Shown: positions 1 to 39,400 of the stretch, piece by piece
Numbering within the stretch: position 1 is the first letter of the stretch
Layout: the number at the start of each line of letters is the position of its first letter
Assembly (NCBI GenBank): GCA_002269645.1
Contig: NIVC01000352.1
Span: forward strand, 496,001 to 560,000
Source: Macrostomum lignano
Taxonomy: Eukaryota
Direction: 5' to 3'
Length of the DNA: 64,000 bases
Made by a program: the position numbers and the translations under genes
The notes under the pieces: generated by a model
Seen by the model: the letters and a program-made list of their open reading frames with translations, nothing else
The model's database searches: none
What the model was told of the DNA's origin: nothing

Positions 1-28254
<28,254 letters not shown>

Positions 28255-28919
28255 AATTTTGTTTTTTTGGAGAAATTTGCGCACAATTTATTGGTAAAAA
28301 AAACAATTATAATAATAAAAAGCACTCAAGCTACTGCCTAAGTAGAATAGTGCGATTGGCTTTTTTAATATCGAGAGCGAAAATTTCATCTCAGTAGTCT
28401 GATTTGCGTTTTCGATATTTTTGCCATTCTGACAGCGTCAAAATCGTGCTAATCTGCACACTACTTTAAGTAGCTTGAATGCAAAGCGCCAATTAATTGT
28501 GTGTTTCACCCCAGTGTTTCAAATTATTTTGTTGTGTTTCTTGCCTGCGCCAATGCCAGTGTTGTGTCTGAAATGCGGCTTTTCGTTTTTAACCTATTTT
28601 TATTTATTGAGCTTCTGTCGATTATCTAGATATTAATCTGCTGTTGATAATGAGGTATTAAAATCGTCAAGTTTATCATTTTTATTCGCACAATTTTTTG
28701 CCCTCATTTCATTGACTGTGACATGTTTTTTTGCCGTTTTGTTGTTTGCTTTAACCCAGAAAAGTTTTCTGCATTTTTTATTGTTTTGTTTGTTATTGCT
28801 TTTTCCTAATTGACTGTTTCCTCAATTTCTTTGCTGCATTCACCTTGTGGCCCTGAGTGCAATGCTGCGTTTCTGTCACTGAACTGGCTTGATCAAGCAG
28901 CTATGCTGCCTGTGTTTTT

Positions 28920-28964
28920 CTGTCTGTCTGTGTGTGTGTCTGTCTGTCTGTCTGTCTGTCTGTG

Positions 28965-28999
<35 letters not shown>

Positions 29000-29006
29000 G
29001 TGTGTG

Positions 29007-29051
<45 letters not shown>

Positions 29052-29080
29052 TAGTGTCTGTCTGTTTGTCTGTCTGTCTG

Positions 29081-29135
<55 letters not shown>

Positions 29136-29175
29136 GTCTGTGTGTCTGTCTGTCTGTGTCTGTCCGTCAGTCTGT
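28920..29175 (+). repeat. (TGTC)n microsatellite in the probable NF1 3' UTR
   Basis: Tetramer run. Confidence 0.92.
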
Positions 29176-29227
29176 GTCAGACTGTGGACCCGTTTGTTTC
29201 GCATCAGTTTTGTAGTCGCTCTCTGAA

Positions 29228-29233
29228 AATAAA
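29228..29233 (+). terminator. Probable NF1 poly(A) signal AATAAA (a more proximal one lies at ~28314)
   Basis: Canonical hexamer at the end of the T-rich 3' region; which signal is used is inferred. Confidence 0.5.
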
Positions 29234-29465
29234 AGTACACTAATAACGAACTTGTACACAGCTGTTAGCAGCAAATGGCAATCTCACGAGAGTTTTGTAT
29301 CGGTACTCTGTGATCCCAGCCCGATGTGCGGCCCCCCTGTCTAGTCCTTGCCTCGCGCCCACCGCACAGCCCGTGTCAGTGCAGCGCTCCACTTTTATCA
29401 GCTCCTTGTTCACTCTTTGTCGGCTGTTTTTTGTCTTTTTCTCTTTTTCGACGTTGTTGCTTCAG

Positions 29466-29523
29466 AATAAATTACAAAAAAACTCAAATCGCGTTCGATG
29501 TATAGTCAGCGGTGGCGTTCTGT
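29466..29523 (+). other. Probable non-coding first exon of SMG6
   Basis: Long polypyrimidine tract ending TTCAG at 29465, donor GTAAGT at 29524, and downstream acceptor CCCTTCCAG at 30473, 19 nt before the SMG6 ATG. Confidence 0.5.
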
Positions 29524-29845
29524 GTAAGTGCAATTTTTCCTATTGCAATTTCGGTATTCTGTCCTTGTATGTACTAGAGAGTGTCTGTTGTCTGTAATAT
29601 AGGTGTGAAGCTCAGCTGCAAGCCCCTGGCTTATACTTTATCCCCCTAAACTGTGTTTTTAAAGAGCTTTTTTGTTGACAGACCTGCGTTTTTTTAAAGA
29701 GTTAATTTTGGAACACAATTATTCAATACCAGTTCAGTTTTGGAGCTCCGCGTTTATTTGTTTGTCGGTTGATTGTCGCGTTTATAGTGTGTACCTAGCG
29801 ACTTCTCTTAAATCTTTCTTTATTCGCCGCTTGTAGGTTGTCGAA

Positions 29846-30421
29846 ATCAGTGGGATAGACCGTGGAATCAGTGGGATAGACTGTGGAATCAGTGGGATAG
29901 ACTGTGGAATCAGTGGGATAGACTGTGGAATCAGTGGGATAGACTGTGGAATCAGTGGGATAGACTGTGGAATCAGTGGGATAGACCATGCAATCAGTGG
30001 GATAGACCATGGAATCAGTGGGATAGACTGTGGAATCAGTGGGATAGACTGTGGAATCAGTGGGATAGACTGTGGAATCAGTGGGATAGACCGTGGAATC
30101 AGTGGGATAGACTGTGGAATCAGTGGGATAGACTGTGGAATCAGTGGGATAGACTGTGGAATCAGTGGGATAGACTGTGGAATCAGTGGGATAGACTGTG
30201 GAATCAGTGGGATAGACTGTGGAATCAGTGGGATAGACCATGCAATCAGTGGGATAGACCATGGAATCAGTGGGATAGACTGTGGAATCAGTGGGATAGA
30301 CTGTGGAATCAGTGGGATAGACTGTGGAATCAGTGGGATAGACCATGGAATCAGTGGGATAGACTGTGGAATCAGTGGGATAGACTGTGGAATCAGTGGG
30401 ATAGACCATGGAATCAGTGGT
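29846..30421 (+). repeat. 21-bp minisatellite (GGAATCAGTGGGATAGACTGT), ~27 copies
   Basis: Period 21, in the inferred SMG6 5'-UTR intron. Confidence 0.95.
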
Positions 30422-30492
30422 TTTGATAAACGCGCAGTCTGTTTGCATTAATTAAGCTGATCCGCCCTTCCAGTCAGCCACCAAGAGTGTCA

Positions 30493-33400
30493 ATGGAAGG
30501 CACTGGCAGCAGGCAGCAGCGACATCCAGATCAGCAGATCTATCGACCGCCGCCAATCAGTCGCAGCGACCGTGTTGGTAGCGGCAGCGGCGGCGGCGGC
30601 GGCGGCGGCGGTGGAGGCAGAGGAGGCGGCGGAGGAGGCAGTGGCAGGACGGAAGGCGCCGCCGCAAGTGCGGCAGATGCGGACGCTGTCGGCAAGGCTG
30701 CCGCGCTGTCAGCTGGTGGCGGGCGCACTTTTTATAACAAAAGCCGTCGCAAGGGCGGGCACAGCGCTGGCCAGTCTCAGCAGCAGCAGCAGCAACAGCA
30801 ACAACCGCCGCAACAGAAAAAGCAGCAGAAACAGCCCAATCCTCAAGCGCAGCAACAACCGAAGCAGCAGCAGCAGCAACAGGCAGTAAAAAAGCAGCCA
30901 TCGCCGCAAGATCCGCAGCTTCAGGCTGGCAATACTGCTGGCGAAGGCGGGGGCGGAGGCAGGGGCGGAAGCGGGGGCGGAGGTCGGAGAAGAAACCGGC
31001 GCAGCGGAAATAAGCTGCAAAAGCAGCAACAGCAACAGCCGCATCAGAAGAAGCAGTTTCAAACAGTTGGCGATGCCGATGCGGTTGTCGAATTTTTTGC
31101 CGACGACGAGATGTGGGAACCGCAGGAGGCTGACCAGCATCCGCCACTGCCTCATCAGCCGCCGCCTCCGCCTCCGCCTCCGCTGCCGCAGCCGCAGCCC
31201 AGTTACAATTACCGGCCCAGGGGCGGAGGCGCCGGCGGCGGTTCAGGCAGGCGGGAGAAGCGCTGCTCCGAGTCCTCGCGCGGCGGCGGCGGTCGCGGCG
31301 GCTTCTCGGACAGCTTCTCCGAGGCCGAGTTCGACCGGGGTGAGGTGCTCCGACCGGACGCTCGTCTGTACGACCCGGCCAAGGATCCCGTGGTTGCCCT
31401 GCCGTCGCCTCGCATGCCTCAGCAGCAGCAGCAGCCGCCGCAGTCTGTGTTGAATCCAGGCCAGGACCCGATGGGCCCGCAGCATCTTCATCAACAGCCG
31501 GATGCGGAATCCGGTGCCGGTGGTCAGCTTCAACAGCAGCAGCAGCAGCCGCACACTGGCGGTCTCATTCGTTTGCCCGAGACTCTGCGGCGCGACGCCA
31601 TGCACCGAGGGCCCAAAGATGGGCGCCAGGTGAGTTAATGCTTGTACTATAGGAAAATAGTACATCTATTCAAGTTAAATTTGCTTAAAAACATTTTGAT
31701 CATTATCACCTTCTTTAAAGAAAATATAATTTGTCCATTCTTAAGTACCTAGTGGGATCAGGATTCGAACCCCCGACCTTTCGGTCGTGAGTCCGATTCT
31801 CTAACCACTAGGCTACAACCCCACAATGCCCTCACAAATCCTAAGCACAATGTAGTTGAGGATGTTGAGCACGAAAGTTAATCAGTTATAACATCGAATT
31901 ACAGAAAGTGCGTTTGTTGGATGTGCGGAAAATGTTCCACCATAGGGAACATATCTCCAACTCTCATCGATCTAGTAATAACTGATTTTTCATTGCCTCA
32001 ACAGTGATTTAGCTGTGTAAAATATCAACCATAAGCGTTAAATGAGACTTAATTAACCTGACCTGAAGAATTATAAAATTTTCAACTATGCCTTAATCAA
32101 CAAGCAACAATTAAAATGTTTTACTGACACAAACAACATGCAATGCTTGCCATAAATACAAGATCCGAAAATGTTCGGAGCTCTCAGATGCTCGGACACG
32201 AATCCGGTTTTTACTACCGCATGTTACTACGTCTGAAGAGTTTAAGAGTGGTGATCAGTCACTCAAAAACTCCCACTTCTAGACACGGGGGAACAAGTGC
32301 CTAGGTATTTATCAGTTCAAATAACTTACTTCAGCGGATCCTCTTGGGGTCGGCAGCCGGTGGAGTTCTGTGGCGCGTCGGGATAGCAAGCTTGCTGAGC
32401 GGTTACGGCGACCGGTTCCGGTGAACCACTGTTTTTCTTTGGTGTCCTTAACTTTATCTGTGGGTCGACCAAACGAGAGCGAATCAGAACTTCTTAACGG
32501 TCCTCGAGCTCGGAATTCACAATAGAACGTGCGCCCTAATGAACAATTGAATTCTCTAATTTTCTGTGATAGGTCCTCCTGAAGGGCGGCTTCTTCGTTA
32601 CGTCCGAAACGTAACGGATAACTCAATTAAATCAATAAATCCTCTAGGAATATCCTAGGAAACAAGGAGGCCTTTCTCAAATGTATCGACAATGAACTGC
32701 TCTCGTATACTCAATCAATCACTTTATTAGCGCTATTAACAATTAACTAAATCGGGTAAACGCTTACCAATTGGACAGGGATGGTCCCTCAGAGATTGGT
32801 CTTCTTATTTCTTCGGTGTCTTCTTAGAGACCGCTCCGAGTCTGAATTTTGACTTGAATTTTCACTTATATTTATAGCAAAATTTTGGAAAAAAACCGGT
32901 TTGGGATTGGGTATTTACTTAGGTCAAAAATGTTTGATTAAGCGGTCATGCATGTTTGAGCATTACCATATATGGAGTTAAACAAATACAGCTGTTGAAA
33001 TCCGGTTCCTTGATCAAACAATGTAGGGTTCTAAATCATTCTGTTTGCGCGTGATTCCTAAAATAGATATGACTCATTTTGAAAGAAATTGACTTCCTTA
33101 GAATATTACTTTAAGTAGAGCATTACGGTATGGTCTAATAACTCTCTACAATATCTCCCCTTTTCACAAAAATTCGTCCCGAATTTTAAAGTTAAAGCGG
33201 TGAAGTGGGGTTTTATCTTCTAATAAACATGAAAATGTATTTAAGGATTAGAAATTTTGAACCAGTAGTAGTATAGTAGATGGATAGGTAGATAGGTAGG
33301 TCACATTGTTATTGTGTTGCTTGGCAGGATGCATTGTTATTGTTAATAGGAAAGCGTATTATTCAGTATATCGTTTACTTTGGTTGTCAATCTCGCGAGT

Positions 33401-36400
33401 GGCCACAGTAAGTGCTGTATCGGCGTAAATTGTGTTGATTCGGTGGCGTTGAGGAATTCCAGGTAGATCTCTTCAGTTGTACTCGTAGTATTTATTGGAT
33501 GCGCCGCATATTGACGTACCAAGTCAAAAAGATATTCCAAATGGTCTCTCTTGTTGAATGGTATTGGCCATGTTCGTATAGCTGTTGCTAGTTCCTTGGC
33601 CGTCATACTGTCCATGGTCTCCTTTGTAAGTTGGATCTTTGGTAATGTTGTTGTTCCGGCGTAAATTTCCTTAGATATTGGCGCTGCACAAGTTATGCAA
33701 TGCTTATAGTCGCGGCACCGAATTTTTAGAGCACAATCTCGGCAGACCCAGTGTCCGTTGGCGCACATCCTTTGTTGCGGTGTTGTATTGCATACCTGGC
33801 ACAGGGTAGGTGGTGCGCGGCATAGCGGGCATTTGTCTATTCTATCCGTTGTGCAGCAGTTATAGCAGAACTTATGCCCATGCTGACAGTAGACATACTG
33901 TTCAGTGTCTTCATAACAAACAATGCACTCGTCGCTATCCATGTCTGAAAATGGTCAATGTGATAAGTAATATCTGTGCAAGAATGGTTGCAATATCTGT
34001 GGGTGCATGGTATTTTAATCAATTTCTGAAGCGGAACTATTATAGTCATATGATTCTTGGGGTGGTAATATATAAGACAAGTCCTCATTACGCAGAATGA
34101 GTGCAGGTAGAGCTGTACAGAGGATGGGGCATGGGTGAAAATTCATATCGTTAACAATTTTAAACAGCTTATGTTCAATTTCTTGTGGAGATAATTGCCG
34201 GAGTCTAGAACCGTAGGAAGAGGAATAGCGAACGAGGTATTTACGTGTTTTATGAGCAGCACGTGGTATGGGCCATGATCTGAGGCGGATAATTATAGCA
34301 TGTGATGGAAAAAGAGCATAAGTGAATGGGTGAAGCTGTAGGTTGTAGTCCGCTTGAATGCATGCAAGTTTGTTGTTAACTTTAGGTAAAGGGGTGGCAT
34401 CGCATATAGGACACTGACAAATGGAGCGATAAGCAAGCTTCTTAATACATTGTGTGCACATAAAATGTTGATTTAAGCAATATTGTTCAGTGCGCCAGGA
34501 GTTGCATAACATGCATTGACGGAGATTACCTCGACACATAGGGCAATTTTTTAAAGGTTTTTTGTAATATGCAAGGCTTAAGCAAGAACCACACACCTGG
34601 TGTCTATTGACACATATACAAGGTAGTTTACATGAAAATTCTCCGAGACAGATAGGACAATCCATTGTCGTGTTTGTCGTAGTTGTGTGAGCGTTTGTAG
34701 GAAAACAAGGATTTAGTCGCCTCTTACGACAAGCTTGAGGAAGCTGTAGTGCTATTCTTTATCCCGGTCACTACACGGGGACATGAAGCGAATAATTTAA
34801 CGAGGTCTTAGGTTGTACGTATGACCGACAGGTGGTGCGTTTGTTGTTTGTGTTTCGGCGTGTGCAGTGGCAATGTGTTTATTTGTTGTTTTTGTGTGGT
34901 CTGGATTTTGTAGGTCTGGGAGGAATGTAGTGTCGTTAGTGATACGTTTTAGACGTTGAATGTGAACATAGAACTGAGGTTGATGTGGATCCTGGATATT
35001 AGCGAGGCGTGCTGATACTAGAGAAGGCTTAGGTAGGTCTCGCTTATGTCGTTCTATGACATCTTTTCTCTGATAGGTTCCATTTACTACCTTCAGGAAA
35101 ACATTCTTATCCATATCCTTAAGCGCGATTGGTATTTCTTGGTCGGAGAGGATTAGTTGCTCGTCCTTGTTTTTACATTTCAAGTGTGTGTAGCTTGGTT
35201 GCTTTGGAAATGTAAGAGCCAAATCTCCTGAGTCGGCAAGGAAGGTGTTAGATAGCAGTTTCCCTTGAACAGTGTGATATTTTTGCAGCTTGCAGTCAAT
35301 TTCAGTTTTTACTTCCCATGCAGTGAAATATTTGCGGGTTCGGCTGGGCTCCTCATATCGGGAATCCGATCTATATTCAATTTGGTATCGATAGTCATGG
35401 AAATAAATCGGTGCTAGGGGTAAATTTTGAGCTTCTTCTTTGTTGTAGTTAGGGGTAGAACAATATCCAGAGCTGTAGTGACACTGGTCGAGTGGTAGCT
35501 GTAAGGATTCCATGTTGTCAAATGGATTGTGGTAGAATAAAACATTTCGGATGAGGTAGCTATTGTAGACTGAGTATGTAGGCCATCGTGATTGATGATA
35601 ATGGACATATCTTCCATCGGCTACATTTTTTGTGCGAAATAGCTGTGCTCCGCTGGCGGACGTCTCATGAAGTTTTAATTGACCATCTTCGGAAAACAGA
35701 GTTTGATTCCACCGAAGGCATTCTTCTTGTGATACCATCATCGAAGTTTGCCAATACCTGATTCGGTTCCATTGTACCAGCCAAACCTTTTCAATTTCAT
35801 CCTTGTCTCGGAAGCACACAATTCCCATTTGTCGATGCTTCTTTGTATTTGCTTTGTATATTTCAATAGTTAGTGGTAGTGGCTTGGTTTGGTTTGTCTT
35901 AAAGTAACTGCATTTGATTTCCGTAGGAATCTTGTAAATGACTGGCTGGATGTCTCCATCAGTGGGACAGATCATTGGAGATGGAGACGGCAGTACCGTG
36001 GGAACAATTGCCATCATCAAGATCGTGAGGAAGCATTGCAGTAGCGGATGTTTTTTCTTTCGTCTTGTTGGTACTGGTGGAGTGTCTTCAATCTCGTCAT
36101 GACTATCTTCAGGATACGGCGGAGGAGTAAGGCGAGTCGAAAAGTGCCATTTGTTAGAACATGGTAATGGTGTGGGTGGCTGCGATTGCAACATCGGACG
36201 CATAAAGTTGGTTGATTTTGATATATTGGTAAGATGTGTAGTTGTATTCTCATCAGTTGGAGTGTTAACCGGTTCCATTATTGTTATCGGTTCATCATAT
36301 TCGCTTTCATAGTCTAGGTTCATTGAAACATATGTGTCATCCTCCGTCTGTACGAACTTTTCATCTGTCGAATGGTTAGATTGTGTGTTCGTGGCCTTGT

Positions 36401-39400
36401 CATGTTTCCATTTTTCGTGGACTGGACTAGGGGAGACAATATTTTCATAGTCTGGTTCCTGTGTTGGAGGTGTTTCTGACAGGTCTATATCGTCGACTAG
36501 GACCTGCAACATGTCAACGCTTTCTTCAAAGATGTTTTGAGAAGTTGCTGGATCTCTGTCTTCTTCAAGTGTTGTCATTTCTTTACGATCCTGGAAATTG
36601 TCATCTCGGTGAGTTTCCGAAAGATTGTCGATCGTCGGAACTTTAAATAGATTGCTTTGTTGCTTAGAAATAGTTTGTTGTTGTCTTTTGTTTTCTCGGA
36701 AGACTGGACTTGCTTTAGAAGAGGTAGGAATGGGTGGATCTTCTTCAAACAGAGAATCCATCATGCAGCTACTTTCGCTGCTTGTGCTATCTTTTCGTTT
36801 TTCAAACTCCTCAAGGACATTGATTGTGAAATCCGGCATAAGATCCTCTATCTTAAACTCTGGTTCGATGACTTGAGTGTATTCCGGTTCAATAGCTTGA
36901 GCATATTGTCTGCGGACCTGAGTAGGCTGTCTTGGAGGAGGAGGATTTCTTTGTTGTCGATAAGGTACCAAGGCATTTCCTTGTCTATTCTGTGGTGGGT
37001 TCCAATTGCGATTTTGAGGACGAGTCCAATTTTTTCTTCTGTTGTCATTATATTGTCTTGGATTGCCACGTGATCGGCAGTCTCTGGCGTAATGACCAAT
37101 TCTTCCACAGGTGTAACAAGTGGGTGGCGGAGCGTATCTCTGTCGCTGTGGCATGATTGCAGAAGTTTGGTACTGCTGCATGAGTTTGCTCAATTGTTCT
37201 CCCAATTGTGTCGTATCACTACTACGAGAAGTCAGGAGTGGGGCACTTGCTTCCCATTGCATGCCGCAACGAATTAATTGTTCCTCTGTCTCAATGGTTT
37301 CTCTTAACAACCTGTCTCGCAGCGAAGGTTGAGCATTATTAATGACATGGAGGATTAGGCTTTGTTCTTGGTCAGCAAGGCGTTGTCTTTCTCGTGCAGC
37401 TAGTTCTGCTGGTCCGATAGGCTGAGCTCCTGGGTTCGGTGGTGGTGGCTGGTGCAACGCTTTAATAATTTTGCGGACGTCATCGACGAAAGTAAGGAAG
37501 GATTCCGTCGGACTCATTTTTCGATTATGAAGTTTGTGTAGAAGCACAGATCGATTGGTTCCACATCTGGCGAATTGTGCTCTCAGTTGTGTAACTAAAG
37601 TATGATAGTCTTGCTGTGCGGCGGCATTTAGTTTGCCATAAATTTCTCGAGCAGTACCTTCTAACAGTGGAGGAAGAAGAAGTGCCTTTTCTGGATTTTG
37701 TAGTCCGTATTCGCGAGTTACAAGGTCGAAGTGTTCAATGAAGGTGTTAAAATCTTTATCCATGGTATACATTCCAACAGTTTCCTTGACATCGCGATGC
37801 ACTGTAGGGTTTCTTCGAGCCATATTTTCAAATGGGAACGGCAAGAGGACCAGATCTGGATCAATTTCCAAAGGATTTTCCAGATTGGACTTTCAAAGTG
37901 GCGAACAAGTGTTGTGTGTGTGTGCAAGCTCTTATTTACTTAAAGGAAGAAAGAAAAATGGACACGGGGGCAAAAAAAATTCTGTGTTGCCTTTACCAAA
38001 GAAAGAAATTGAGATAGGATATTCGCAAATTTAACAAAAGTATAAAAAGGTGCACGAAGAATCAAAGGGTCTCTATGCAAACAATGGCGGTTCGGTAAAA
38101 AGTTCAGAAAAATTTGCGCAAAGGACTTGTGTCAAAGTACTTTCAGCGATCTAGCCTGGTAGCGCTTGAGCCTGGGCGAGATCACCAGTTGAAGAGTTTA
38201 AGAGTGGTGATCAGTCACTCAAAAACTCCCACTTCTAGACACGGGGGAACAAGTGCCTAGGTATTTATCAGTTCAAATAACTTACTTCAGCGGATCCTCT
38301 TGGGGTCGGCAGCCGGTGGAGTTCTGTGGCGCGTCGGGATAGCAAGCTTGCTGAGCGGTTACGGCGACCGGTTCCGGTGAACCACTGTTTTTCTTTGGTG
38401 TCCTTAACTTTATCTGTGGGTCGACCAAACGAGAGCGAATCAGAACTTCTTAACGGTCCTCGAGCTCGGAATTCACAATAGAACGTGCGCCCTAATGAAC
38501 AATTGAATTCTCTAATTTTCTGTGATAGGTCCTCCTGAAGGGCGGCTTCTTCGTTACGTCCGAAACGTAACGGATAACTCAATTAAATCAATAAATCCTC
38601 TAGGAATATCCTAGGAAACAAGGAGGCCTTTCTCAAATGTATCGACAATGAACTGCTCTCGTATACTCAATCAATCACTTTATTAGCGCTATTAACAATT
38701 AACTAAATCGGGTAAACGCTTACCAATTGGACAGGGATGGTCCCTCAGAGATTGGTCTTCTTATTTCTTCGGTGTCTTCTTAGAGACCGCTCCGAGTCTG
38801 AATTTTGACTTGAATTTTCACTTATATTTATAGCAAAATTTTGGAAAAAAACCGGTTTGGGATTGGGTATTTACTTAGGTCAAAAATGTTTGATTAAGCG
38901 GTCATGCATGTTTGAGCATTACCATATATGGAGTTAAACAAATACAGCTGTTGAAATCCGGTTCCTTGATCAAACAATGTAGGGTTCTAAATCATTCTGT
39001 TTGCGCGTGATTCCTAAAATAGATATGACTCATTTTGAAAGAAATTGACTTCCTTAGAATATTACTTTAAGTAGAGCATTACGGTATGGTCTAATAACTC
39101 TCTACACGTCCTCGAGCATGTTACCACAACAATCGCTTGCTATAAAGTCTGAGTCTGCATACCATTGTGCCACAATGAAGGTTAACGAATAATATTAACA
39201 TTGTAAGATGGCCATGTGTGACTTCAAAGGCGTCCTCCATCACATACACTTGCACCAAGATCAACTACGCAATCCGAAGATCGGCATAGTAGGAAAAATC
39301 TTCGGAGTTGTAATTGAACAAAACTATGCAGATCTCGCCAGTATAGTCCGGATCAAAAACACCTCCACCGATAAAGATGCCGCGTAGAGCTAGACTAGTT

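Larger units (their letters stand above)
32234..39106 (-). mobile_element. Non-autonomous LTR retroelement (Ty3/Gypsy-like) with a Gag-Env-like ORF and two RING cargo genes
   Basis: Two 917-bp LTRs offset by exactly 5956 bp with TG...CA ends. TSD CGTC at 32230-32233 and 39107-39110. PBS 38170-38187, PPT 33151-33165. No PR/RT/RH/IN-core motifs in the 5039-bp internal region. Confidence 0.93.

Noticed and set aside
31751-31822. Functional tRNA-Val(CAC) gene
   Set aside because: Acceptor and T stems have several mismatches, so it is better explained as a SINE head or pseudogene.
35225-35245. FLADSGD in the Gag-Env ORF as a retropepsin active site
   Set aside because: The flanking residues do not fit (hydrophobic)2-D-[ST]-G-[AS], there is no downstream flap/GxD motif, and the site lies within the Env-like region.
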